A DNA stretch of 64,000 nt, from assembly GCA_016710765.1 (NCBI GenBank), contig JADJUJ010000024.1:2919-66918 (forward strand), read 5' to 3'. Below, one piece after another: positions 51,227 to 60,464 of this stretch. Below the pieces are notes generated by a model, which worked only from the letters and a program-made list of their open reading frames with translations, ran no database searches and had not been told where the DNA came from. The position numbers and the translations under genes are program-made. Origin of the DNA: Lewinellaceae bacterium. Its GTDB lineage: Bacteria > Bacteroidota > Bacteroidia > Chitinophagales > Saprospiraceae. Numbering within the stretch: position 1 is the first letter of the stretch; each line of letters starts with the position of its first letter.

Positions 51227-51784
51227 ATGATACATACTGTGCTTCAGGCGATTACGAAAGATTTAAATGCTTTTTTGCAAAACAGGTTTAAGCTGAACGA
51301 AGACATGGTTTCATTGTCCTCATTGGTAGCACTTGATGGTTCGGTTTCTATTCCTTCTGAAAATAAAATTGTGTGCACCTTATTAAACATAGAGCAGGAA
51401 AGAATGAATCTCAATGCGCCCCATAATAAGCAGGCGCTGGTGAATCAACCCATTAATTTGAACTTGTATGTCCTTTTTTCTGCTTATTTCAGCGCAAACA
51501 ACTACATTGAAGCATTAAAAGCCATCTCTTATACCATTGGCTTTTTCCAGGGCAAACAAGTGTTTACCAATGCCAATACTGCTAATTTTCCAGCAACGAT
51601 TGATAAGATAGTTGTTGAAATGGTAAACATGGACATGAAAGATATCAGTAATTTTTGGACAGCTCTCGGAGCAAATCACCTGCCTTGTGTGCTTTTCCGG
51701 TTGCGGATGATATCTATAACAGCGGATGTAATTATTGAAGAGTACACACTTATACGGGGAATACAATCGGACTCCGGCAGTTGA
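51227..51784 (+). CDS. DUF4255 (Pvc16/Afp16 N-terminal-like) protein of contractile injection systems
   Basis: The N-terminus MIHTVLQAITKDLNAFLQNRFKLNEDMVSLSSLV..DGS...ENKIV.TLLNIEQE matches DUF4255 as I recall it. First gene of the cluster. Confidence 0.7.
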   Translation: MIHTVLQAITKDLNAFLQNRFKLNEDMVSLSSLVALDGSVSIPSENKIVCTLLNIEQERMNLNAPHNKQALVNQPINLNLYVLFSAYFSANNYIEALKAISYTIGFFQGKQVFTNANTANFPATIDKIVVEMVNMDMKDISNFWTALGANHLPCVLFRLRMISITADVIIEEYTLIRGIQSDSGS

Positions 51785-51800
51785 CTAACTTAATAAATCA

Positions 51801-52685
51801 ATGCAAAAACGCTATTATCAACTGCTTACATTATCGCTCGAACATGCTTTTTATAAGGATGGGGTAGCAATCGATTTGTTGGTAGAACCAACCCCCGACA
51901 CCAAAGTGTTGATGCAAAAAAACGACCTGTTCTGGCACTCTCAAGTCAACAGTTACACGCTCCTGTTTGGTTGTGAAGAAGGCCTTTCTCCAGCTGTCGC
52001 TTTGGGTGATGAGCCCCTGCAACTCCAGTTTATCTTGAAAAGCAATTCCCCATTCTTTTTCAATTTTACAGATCTTCCATTCCAACTTATCGGGCAGGAG
52101 GATGCCTGGTTCTTTTTTGAAAACAAAACGCCATTGGAACCCGGGCTGGAAACGCCTGTACGGCTAACCGAAGAAAGCACCGTAGGCTCGGCTGATATTG
52201 TACCGGCGGCGGGCCCCAGGTCTGCTTACAGATTGCAGCCAGGAGATCTGGGCATTATTCAATTCGAAATAGGAGAACAGACGGAGGTCATGTTGCCGTT
52301 TCCAGATCCAGAATCGCCAGCTTCCTATGCTGCAACGTCTTTTACGATATTATTCCAATCCAGAGACGCGTATTGGCGGTATTATTTAATAAATAGCAGT
52401 CAACTACGTTTCGATAATTTGACGGTGACTGATGGCAGAAATGATCTCAATTTTTTGAAAGGAGATCCTGTTCTAGTAGGAGGGGCTGCGGAAATGGCTA
52501 TTCCTATGTGGTCAGAAACGCCATTGCCAATGTTGGAAGTACCCTTTCTTCGGCCAAAACTCAAACTAAATGGTGGAGCAGGGGAAATCACCCTGGACCT
52601 GCCTACCCCCGATTTCCGCCGGCTCGTACCAGAAGGGTCCGATGAAAACACAGTATTTTATGCAGACATGTATATATATTTATAA
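51801..52685 (+). CDS. Hypothetical protein (294 aa) between the DUF4255 and sheath genes
   Basis: Tightly spaced and co-oriented with its neighbours. No motif recognised. Confidence 0.5.
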   Translation: MQKRYYQLLTLSLEHAFYKDGVAIDLLVEPTPDTKVLMQKNDLFWHSQVNSYTLLFGCEEGLSPAVALGDEPLQLQFILKSNSPFFFNFTDLPFQLIGQEDAWFFFENKTPLEPGLETPVRLTEESTVGSADIVPAAGPRSAYRLQPGDLGIIQFEIGEQTEVMLPFPDPESPASYAATSFTILFQSRDAYWRYYLINSSQLRFDNLTVTDGRNDLNFLKGDPVLVGGAAEMAIPMWSETPLPMLEVPFLRPKLKLNGGAGEITLDLPTPDFRRLVPEGSDENTVFYADMYIYL

Positions 52686-52702
52686 ATCAACTATTTTATA
52701 GT

Positions 52703-54247
52703 ATGGCAAAAGTACTTGCAACACCAGGGGTTTACATCGAGGAGAAGAGCGCTTTCCTGAATTCCGCCGTACCGGTGGCCACCGCAGTACCCGCTTTTCT
52801 GGGGTATACGGAAAAAGCCATTTGGAACAATAAGGACATTACGAACACGCCAACCCGGATATCCTCTTTTGGCGAGTACTTGTTGTATTTCGGCGGCGCC
52901 CCAAAAACAACGTATTCCTTTGAGAATGTCAGGACCACCGATCCCAAGCAGATTTACAAGTTAGAACCCAAGGATAAGCGTTTCCTTTTGTTCCATTGTA
53001 TGAAGCATTTTTTTGCCAATGGCGGCTCGGATTGCTACATCGTTTCCATTGGGAATTACGATGCCAAAATGACCATCGATGACTTCGATTCCGAAGCAGT
53101 AGATGCCAATGGCGAAAGTAAACAAAAAGGCCTCAAAACACTCCTGAAGGAAACGGAGCCAACGATGGTGGTCGCTCCGGATGCCGTTTTATTAGAAGCA
53201 TCTACTTTTGCCGATCTGCAAACCCGGATCTTGAACCATTGTGGTGCAATAATGCGCAGCCGCATTGCCATTCTTGACGTGTACGATGGCTATAAAGCAC
53301 GAAGTCTAGATCCTCAAAGTGATGTAATCACGAAATTCCGGGAGGGTTTGCAAGGAAATGCCAATTTGCAATGGGGCGCTGCTTATTATCCCTGGGTTCA
53401 TACCAATATTACGAGCGCGGATGCTGTAAACTTTACAAACATCGATGCTGTGCAGCGTGCAGTCTTGGGCAAAACATTGCTCGAGGATGTAGATGCCGCG
53501 GTGGCTGAGCAAACGATGGACCCAAAAAGGGCCGATCAGATTAAAGTGGAAGTGGCCAAACTAACACCGGATCTAACAGACCCGGATGGAATCAGCAACC
53601 TGCACCAAACCTTGTGGGCCATCAGCCCGCTGTATAAATCCATTATGGATACCCTTCGGGAACAAATGAACCTGCTTCCCCCATCGGCCGGTATGGCTGG
53701 CCTTTATACGATGGTGGATAATTCCGTTGGGGTGTTTCAGTCCCCGGCCAACATCAGTTTTGGCGCTGTGGTGCGCCCGGCAGTTAACCTAACCAACGAC
53801 GAACAGGAAGATCTTAACCTCCCCCTCAACGGCATGGCCGTCAATGCCATCCGCACCTTTCTTGGAAAGGGCGTATTGGTTTGGGGCGCGCGAACACTTG
53901 ATGGCAACAGCCAGGACTGGCGCTACATCAGTGTGCGGCGGACAGTTATTTACATTGAACAATCCGTAAAACAGGCCATTGAGCCATTTGTGTTTGCACC
54001 GAATACGGCCAGTACCTGGACCAATGTTAAAGCGTTGATTACCAATTTTTTAACCAATGTTTGGGCATCAGGCGCCCTGGCTGGAGCCTCTGCCGATGAT
54101 GCTTTTAGTGTCGACGTTGGTTTGGGTACCACCATGACACCGATCGATATCCTCGATGGAATAATGAGAGTATCTGTGAAAATCGCCATAACCCGGCCAG
54201 CCGAATTTATTGTGATTACGTTCCAGCAAAAAATGCAACAGGCTTAG
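52703..54247 (+). CDS. Phage-type contractile tail sheath protein
   Basis: N-terminus ..TPGVYIEEKS..VATAVPAFLGYT, AAYYPW, NAIRTF.GKGVLVWGARTL. 514 aa. Confidence 0.85.
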   Translation: MAKVLATPGVYIEEKSAFLNSAVPVATAVPAFLGYTEKAIWNNKDITNTPTRISSFGEYLLYFGGAPKTTYSFENVRTTDPKQIYKLEPKDKRFLLFHCMKHFFANGGSDCYIVSIGNYDAKMTIDDFDSEAVDANGESKQKGLKTLLKETEPTMVVAPDAVLLEASTFADLQTRILNHCGAIMRSRIAILDVYDGYKARSLDPQSDVITKFREGLQGNANLQWGAAYYPWVHTNITSADAVNFTNIDAVQRAVLGKTLLEDVDAAVAEQTMDPKRADQIKVEVAKLTPDLTDPDGISNLHQTLWAISPLYKSIMDTLREQMNLLPPSAGMAGLYTMVDNSVGVFQSPANISFGAVVRPAVNLTNDEQEDLNLPLNGMAVNAIRTFLGKGVLVWGARTLDGNSQDWRYISVRRTVIYIEQSVKQAIEPFVFAPNTASTWTNVKALITNFLTNVWASGALAGASADDAFSVDVGLGTTMTPIDILDGIMRVSVKIAITRPAEFIVITFQQKMQQA

Positions 54248-54275
54248 TACCTTTTTGGGCCCAGCAGAAAATCCC

Positions 54276-54738
54276 GAACACGTTCTCTAAACTGGATTTT
54301 AGCCAAATGAAACCATTTATGTGGCTTGATTATCAATGGTTTAATATGGCATTGATGAAATTATGAACATACCTCAAAATTAAGGGTGTGCAATATTTAT
54401 TTTAAGTACGATCGCGGCGCTACGGGCTTGGCCTTTTACAAATCCCGATTTTGCGTTGATGGAGGTGGATGAAGCAAAAAACTGTGTGAGCCAACCAGAT
54501 AGAAGGGGGCGCAGACCCGACTAGTTCGATGGGCGAGTTTTTTTTTGCGCCGCCGCAATCAACAAGCAAAATCGTAGGATTTGTAAAGAGCCATGGGCTT
54601 TTTTGGTTACTTTTTTGGCCACAAAAAAGTGACAAATCGATCTTTTTATTCCAAAAGTTAACGAACCTGATGCATTTTTGCCGTTGTAGAAAAATAAGAT
54701 TGTTTCTTGTTTCGAAATGGTTAAAGTCCAGCTAAAAC
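54276..54738. repeat. Repeat-rich insert in the sheath-tube intergenic region (nested inverted repeats)
   Basis: Outer pair: ctaaactggattttagcc (54287-54304) with ggttaaagtccagctaaaac (54719-54738), about 15/20. Inner pair: tacaaatcccgattttgcgttgat (54437-54460) with atcaacaagcaaaatcgtaggatttgta (54558-54585). Confidence 0.6.
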
Positions 54739-54786
54739 GGAATGCGATCCAATCATTTCCATCACCAATAAAACAACAATAAAATC

Positions 54787-55236
54787 ATGGCAGAAGAAAA
54801 ACAGGAATCAACTTGGCCCGTTCCATTATTTCATTTTAATATAAAAATTGGCGACAAAAGTGAGATTGCATTCCAGGAGGTATCAGGCCTGGATACAGAA
54901 TACGATGTCATTGAATATCGCGCAGGCAACAGCGCTGAATTTTCTGTAGTTAAAATGCCGGGCTTGAAAAAGGTATCCGATATTACGTTGAAAAAAGGCT
55001 TGTTTAAAGACGACACTGCGTTGTTTGATTATTTTGCCAGTGTAAAAATGAACACCGTTAAGCGCGAAACTGTGGTAATTACACTGTTGGATGAAGAACA
55101 CAAGCCGTTGTTTGTCTGGACCTTAAACAACGCCTTTCCCATAAAAATGACCGGCACAGAGTTGAATGCTACATCGGGAGAAGTGGCAATAGAGGAATTG
55201 GTACTGGCGCACGAAGGATTGACGATGGCTACATAA
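54787..55236 (+). CDS. Tail tube protein (T4 gp19 / Afp1-like)
   Basis: 149 aa. ..FHFNIKIGDKSEIAFQEVSGLDTEYDVIEYR.GN.. is typical of the conserved phage tail tube family. Confidence 0.85.
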   Translation: MAEEKQESTWPVPLFHFNIKIGDKSEIAFQEVSGLDTEYDVIEYRAGNSAEFSVVKMPGLKKVSDITLKKGLFKDDTALFDYFASVKMNTVKRETVVITLLDEEHKPLFVWTLNNAFPIKMTGTELNATSGEVAIEELVLAHEGLTMAT

Positions 55237-55294
55237 GTACTGTTTTAAAAACAAGCCAGATTGAAACCATATAATTTTATCACAAATCATACTC

Positions 55295-56901
55295 ATGGCC
55301 AAGCTCCCGCACAAGCAACAGATATCATCCATGCCAAAATCTCCTGCTCAGGAATATCCAGATATAATAGCCGTAAAAGTATTTGTAAATGGCAAAGTAA
55401 TTAATGATACAGATCAAATTACCCAAATAAGTGTGACCAAGGCGGTCAATCAAATCGGTAAGGCAGAAATTCGTGTTGCGCTGGACCTCGGAGCTGAAAC
55501 TGATCAGGTATTTGAACCACTTGATGCCGATCATTTTTTACCCGGTTACTCAATCGACATTCAGGTCGGATCTGTTTTAAGAACCAACAGTATTTTTAAA
55601 GGCATCATTACCAGTCTTGGCGCAAGTGCTACCAGCCAAGGAAAGGTAGAAATGTTGGTGGGATGTTCTGAGCAGACTGTTGTCATGACCAACGACTGTG
55701 GGAATGCCATTTTCGACAACAAAAAAGACAGTGAAATTTTTGCCGCTATAATTGCCGATTGTGCGCTTTCCAGCGAACTGGATCCTACTGATTTTGTGCA
55801 CAGCCAATTGGTCCGGTATCAATCCAGCAGCTGGGATTTTTTGCTTGCCAGGGCAGCCGCCAACGGCATGTGGGTATATGCTGATGGGGATAAGGTTTTT
55901 GTGAAACGGCCCATGCCTTCAGCCGGGGCCCCTCCAAGTGTTAAGATTGAATTTGGTAGGGATACCACCGAATTTAATTTTTCCCTGGACACCGCGGTGC
56001 AGGGAACGCTTACAACCTTGGGGAGTTCCACCATAAAATTGAATACGCCTGTTGAGCTGTCGGGATTTGGCGCCCGATTTAATGGCCTTGCCCTTGTTAC
56101 AGCAGTCCATCATAGTATCGACGCGGGACAATGGAAAACAACACTGCAATTCGGGAATGCAACCGATGGGGTGGTGGTGAGACAGCCAACATCTTCGCTG
56201 CCGAACAGCGAAATGGTACCACCAATCAATGGTTTGCAAAACGGAAAAGTATTGAAAATTGACGGCGACCCGGATCACAGTTTCCGCATTCAGGTTTTGG
56301 TGCCTGCGATCGATCCTGTAGTTCCGATTTGGGCACGAATGGCGCAGTTTTATGCAACAAGTCAACAAGGCCTGTTTTTTATGCCTGAAATTAATGACGA
56401 AGTGGTAATGGGTTTTCTCAATGAAGATCCAAGGTATCCGATTGTTTTGGGATCGATGTATAGTTCCAAAATAAAAGCGGCTTATGCAGCAGACCCAAAG
56501 AATGCCATTAAAGCCATAACGACAAAAATGGCCTTAAAATTGAGTTTGACGATCAACAGAAGATCATTACTGTGGAAACTCCCGCTGGCAATTCATTTGT
56601 ACTGTCGGATAAAGACAAGTCGGTTGTTGCACGAGATCAAAATGGGAACCAACTTGAAATGATCAATGCAGGAATTGTACTGAATAGTGCCAAAGACATT
56701 GAGATAAAGGCAACGGGTAAAATTTCCATTCAAGCAAACCAGTCTGTCAACATGAAATCGTCTGGCGGTGATGTCACATTGGAGGGTATGAACCTAACGG
56801 CAAAGGCGCAAATGAATTTTAGTGCCCAAGGCGCTGTGGAAGCCGAGATAAAATCATCAGCCCAGACTTCCGTGAAGGGGGCAATTGTGATGATCAATTG
56901 A
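55295..56901 (+). CDS. VgrG-like spike (gpD/gp5-type) protein; frame broken once
   Basis: FFMPEINDEVVMGFLNEDPRYPIVLGSMYS and a C-terminal beta-helix-like repeat. ORFs 55295-56662 and 56572-56901 join as ..TTKNGLKIEFDDQQKIITVETPAGN.. if the A5 run 56524-56528 is A6. Confidence 0.8.
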
Positions 56902-56941
56902 GTAAACTATGCCCTTATTTATTAACAAAAACAAGATAACC

Positions 56942-57241
56942 ATGCCTCCAGCAGCCAGATTAACCGATATGCATACCTGTCCAATGGTTACACCAGGCCT
57001 ACCCCCCATTCCGCATGTAGGAGGGCCTATTGTTGGCCCTGGCGTTCCAACGGTGCTAATTGGCGGTATGCCGGCCGCAGTAGTAGGTGATATGTGTGTA
57101 TGTGTCGGCCCTCCGGATGCCATTGTAACGGGTTCCGCTACGGTGCTCATTGGTGGAAAGCCAGCCGCCAGAATGGGTGATGTAACTGCCCACGGTGGCA
57201 GTATCGTACTCGGGATTCCAAACGTGCTTATTGGTGGCTGA
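56942..57241 (+). CDS. PAAR-domain spike-tip protein
   Basis: MPPAARLTDMHTCP..., GGMPAAVVGDMCVC, GGKPAARMGD..HGG: three PAAR-like repeats. Confidence 0.9.
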   Translation: MPPAARLTDMHTCPMVTPGLPPIPHVGGPIVGPGVPTVLIGGMPAAVVGDMCVCVGPPDAIVTGSATVLIGGKPAARMGDVTAHGGSIVLGIPNVLIGG

Positions 57242-57299
57242 AGGCAGGAACCTGATCCTTAAAAAAGCATTTTCCAAGCAATTATTAATAGAAGCCAAC

Positions 57300-58106
57300 A
57301 TGAAGGAACCCAAATTCAGCATTCAATTCCCGGCCCAAAAAATAGCAACACCATTGCAATGGGACGACCTTGTTGTCGACACCCACTGCATGAATGCAAT
57401 CATAGAAATCAAAACCTGGATTGAAAACGAGCAAACGATACTTACCGATTGGAAACTCAACAAAAGGTTGAAACCTGGTTTCCGTGCGCTTTTCTACGGT
57501 CCGGAAGGCACAGGAAAAACATTGGCAGCATCATTGCTGGGTCAAGCAACTGCCCGAAAAGTATACCGGGTGGATTTATCGGTAGGAATTTCGAAGTACA
57601 TCGGAGAGACCGAGAAAAACCTGGCTACCGTATTTGATCGAGCCCAAAAAAACAATTGGATCTTATTTTTTGACGAAGCCGATGCTCTTTTTGGAAAACG
57701 CACTGTTGTCAAGGACGCTCACGATCGGTACGCAAACCAAGAGGTAGCTTATTTGCTGCAAAGGGTTGAAGATTATCCGGGTGTGGTAATATTTGCTTCT
57801 AATCTGAAGGCCAATATTGACGAAGCTTTTTCCAGGCGTTTTCAATCCATGATTCACTTCTCCATGCCCAATGCGGAACAACGTTTAATGCTTTGGAAAA
57901 AAACTTTTTCCGGTGCTATGCAGGTTGCGCCGGATCTCGATTGGGAGAAAATTGCCGTCTCCTATGAAATTTCTGGAGGTGATATGCTTGATGTCTTGCA
58001 ATACTGTGCACTGACAGCGGTTCAACGTAAGCCACCCGTTGTACAATCTCGCGATATACTTGCCGGGATCCGGCGGGTAATGCAGAAGCACGGCAAGATA
58101 CGCTAG
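57300..58106 (+). CDS. Short single-domain AAA+ ATPase (Afp15-like role)
   Basis: Walker A is FYGPEGTGKT and Walker B is ILFFDEADALF. ..VIFASN..IDEAFSRRF. About 268 aa. Confidence 0.8.
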   Translation: MKEPKFSIQFPAQKIATPLQWDDLVVDTHCMNAIIEIKTWIENEQTILTDWKLNKRLKPGFRALFYGPEGTGKTLAASLLGQATARKVYRVDLSVGISKYIGETEKNLATVFDRAQKNNWILFFDEADALFGKRTVVKDAHDRYANQEVAYLLQRVEDYPGVVIFASNLKANIDEAFSRRFQSMIHFSMPNAEQRLMLWKKTFSGAMQVAPDLDWEKIAVSYEISGGDMLDVLQYCALTAVQRKPPVVQSRDILAGIRRVMQKHGKIR

Positions 58107-58115
58107 TAGATGACC

Positions 58116-58224
58116 AATTTAGTTTTTGTAATGGTTCACTTTGTGGCGCGGAAATTTTGCGCAGCAAAATATCCGCGCGTTTCTGCTGCGGGAAACTATT
58201 TTTTTGCGCAGCAAAAACTAAATT
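58116..58224. repeat. 13-bp inverted repeat enclosing two TTTTGCGCAGCAAAA copies
   Basis: aatttagtttttg (58116-58128) pairs with caaaaactaaatt (58212-58224). Lies in the convergent gap between the ATPase and the MFS gene. Confidence 0.7.
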
Positions 58225-58251
58225 ACTTTACCACTAGTGCCGGACGCGGCA

Positions 58252-59580
58252 CTAGTCAGCCTTTGTCATCTGCATCTCCAAATCCTCCAGTGAAACACCT
58301 TTCGTTTCCGGCATCATTTTCCACACGAAAATCAGCTGCAACACCATCATAAAGGCAAAGAAGACGAAAACGGGTGCAGCGCCAACTTTGGCGAACAGCC
58401 ACGGTACCGCAGAAGGAATGGCCGCCGCCAGCACCCAATGAACAGAACTGCCGAAGGATTGTCCGCTGGCCCGCAGGTGGTTGGGGAAAATTTCAGAAAT
58501 GAATACCCAGATAACCGTTCCCTGCCCAATAGCATGCGCAGCAATAAACATAAACAGGAAAATCGGCACAGCCATGCCCTGCCAGTTCATCCAGAATGCC
58601 ATGGCCACCAGCGAAAGCGAAATGATGTAGCCCACGGAGCCAATGTACAGGAGTTGCTTGCGGCCCAACTTGTCAATCAGCGACAAGCCAATCAAGGTGA
58701 AAATCATATTGGTGATGCCCACCCCGATGCTGCTCAGCAAAGCAGCACTGTCTTCCAGTCCTGCAATTTTAAAAATTCGCGGAGCATAGTATAAAAAAGC
58801 GTTTATGCCCGAAAATTGGTTGAAAAAAGCCACCAAAAAGGCCAACATCAAAGGGAACTGAAATGCTTTGTTGAAGATGGATTCTTTTTTTCCCAACAAC
58901 GCCTGATCGGATAATATTCTGTCTATTTCAACCTCCGGGTCAACTGTCGGATCAATCAGTCGCATGGTCGCTGCGGCTGCAACGCGATCCTTTTTCTTTA
59001 CCAATAGCCACCGCGGACTCTCCGGCACCGTAAATACCATCAGGGTGTACATAAAAGCGGGAATTGCTTCCACCCCAATCATCCAACGCCAGCCGTTTTC
59101 CCCCAATCCACTCAGCAGGTAATTCGACACAAATGCGATCAGGATACCGAAAACGATGTTGAACTGGTACAGGGCTACCAGCCGGCCGCGATTGTGGGCA
59201 GGTGCTATTTCCGATACATAAGCCGGCGCGGCAATGGTAGAGGCGCCTACTGCAAGCCCGCCGACAAACCGGAAAAAGGCAAATACCCAGGGATCGTTTG
59301 CCAGGGCAGAACCGACAGCAGATATAAAATAAAACACGCCAATCCACAGCAGTGTTTTCTTCCGGCCAAGCTTGTCGGTGGGGATGCCGCCCAGGATCGC
59401 GCCTAAGACGGTGCCCCAGAGGGCAGAAGCGATGATCACAACGCCATGAAAGACTTCACCGCGCGGCCACAACTGCTGCAGCGACAAATCGGCGCCCGAT
59501 ATCACCACTGTGTCAAATCCAAAAAGAAATCCGGCCAGTGCTACGGTGATCGACCAAAAGAAAATTTTGCGGTGGTTCAT
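58252..59580 (-). CDS. MFS sugar porter family transporter
   Basis: 12-TM pattern with GFDTVVISGA, DKLGRKKT, PESPRWL and ..PETKG..LE... Confidence 0.85.
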   Translation of the reverse strand: MNHRKIFFWSITVALAGFLFGFDTVVISGADLSLQQLWPRGEVFHGVVIIASALWGTVLGAILGGIPTDKLGRKKTLLWIGVFYFISAVGSALANDPWVFAFFRFVGGLAVGASTIAAPAYVSEIAPAHNRGRLVALYQFNIVFGILIAFVSNYLLSGLGENGWRWMIGVEAIPAFMYTLMVFTVPESPRWLLVKKKDRVAAAATMRLIDPTVDPEVEIDRILSDQALLGKKESIFNKAFQFPLMLAFLVAFFNQFSGINAFLYYAPRIFKIAGLEDSAALLSSIGVGITNMIFTLIGLSLIDKLGRKQLLYIGSVGYIISLSLVAMAFWMNWQGMAVPIFLFMFIAAHAIGQGTVIWVFISEIFPNHLRASGQSFGSSVHWVLAAAIPSAVPWLFAKVGAAPVFVFFAFMMVLQLIFVWKMMPETKGVSLEDLEMQMTKAD

Positions 59581-59795
59581 AGGTGGTTCAGGTATGGACA
59601 GGATGGAACAGTTCAGGCAGATGGCACTTTGATGCGCGGCACAAATAAAGGAAAAAATTACCTGGCTTGGCCTAAAAGAAAAAGCAAAGTGCTGTAGTGC
59701 CTTACTGAAATTACTGCATTTACCCCCTGAGGGTCAGTATCCACCTGCCAATAGATCCTGGTAGTAATGAACAACAAGCGCTGGGGCGGCGATGA

Positions 59796-59987
59796 TTATG
59801 CTGGTCTTTCCACCACCTCATCCCGTTCACAAACGCCACCACCACAGTTACAGCCGCCGCATCCTGGCTTTCGGTCAAGGTGATTCTTGGTGCCCATTTT
59901 TTTGGCCAACAATTGTACCATTACCCAGCCTATACAAAGTGCGGTCAAAGCGAAAACTGGAACAATTATTTCTTTCAAATTTATCAT
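59796..59987 (-). CDS. Small membrane protein with a C-terminal Cys-rich tail (resembles FeoB-associated Cys-rich proteins)
   Basis: One TM helix (IIVPVFALTALCIGWVMVQLL), then PGCGGCNCGGGVC. 63 codons. Confidence 0.45.
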   Translation of the reverse strand: MINLKEIIVPVFALTALCIGWVMVQLLAKKMGTKNHLDRKPGCGGCNCGGGVCERDEVVERPA

Positions 59988-60021
59988 GTGTGCCTCCTGT
60001 TAATCCTAAAAATTGTTTTGC

Positions 60022-60462
60022 TTATAGTGCCAGCGTAATGCCGCCACCAGCACCAAGCGCATACACCAAACCTTCCACCAGTCCGTATCCTTTGTTGGTT
60101 GCAAACAAAGCCAGCGCCAGAATACCACAGTTGGTGGTAATCAATGGCAGGAAAATTCCCAGGGCCCGGAACAGCTCCGGACTCAGTTTTTTTATGGCCA
60201 TTTCCACAAACTGTACGGTGCTTGCTATGACAATAATGAAACTGATCAGACGCAGATAGGGGGCGTAAATCAACACATAGGTGTTCAATACCCAGGCGCA
60301 AAGTGCCGTGATGAGCAGCACAAAGATATTGGCCAAGCCAAGCCGGAAGGCAGTAATCAGTTTGTTGGTTACGCCCAGGAAAGGGCAAATGCCCAGAAAG
60401 TAGGTCAGGATAAAATTGTTGACCAATAGGGCTGATATAAAAATCCAAAGCAGGTTGTCCAT
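60022..60462 (-). CDS. rnfA: Rnf complex subunit A, apparently 3'-truncated (146 aa)
   Basis: LGICPFLGV and [16 protein letters not shown] are present. It stops at ..GAGGGITLAL*, where the NqrE paralogue in this window continues for about 40 more residues (..AAIRERL...FSGIQL). Confidence 0.75.
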   Translation of the reverse strand: MDNLLWIFISALLVNNFILTYFLGICPFLGVTNKLITAFRLGLANIFVLLITALCAWVLNTYVLIYAPYLRLISFIIVIASTVQFVEMAIKKLSPELFRALGIFLPLITTNCGILALALFATNKGYGLVEGLVYALGAGGGITLAL

Positions 60463-60464
60463 GA

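Noticed and set aside
54420-54735. Two ORFs of 71 and 68 codons in the sheath-tube gap as missing CIS components
   Set aside because: They overlap each other on opposite strands, run through inverted repeats and T/A runs, and show no similarity to tube-initiator, gp25 or other CIS proteins.
51227-58106. Classifying the cluster as a Bacteroidota T6SS-iii
   Set aside because: The sheath is a single phage-type protein with the PGVYIEE N-terminus rather than a TssB/TssC pair. The tube is gp19-like rather than Hcp. DUF4255 and a short AAA+ ATPase (not ClpV) are eCIS hallmarks.
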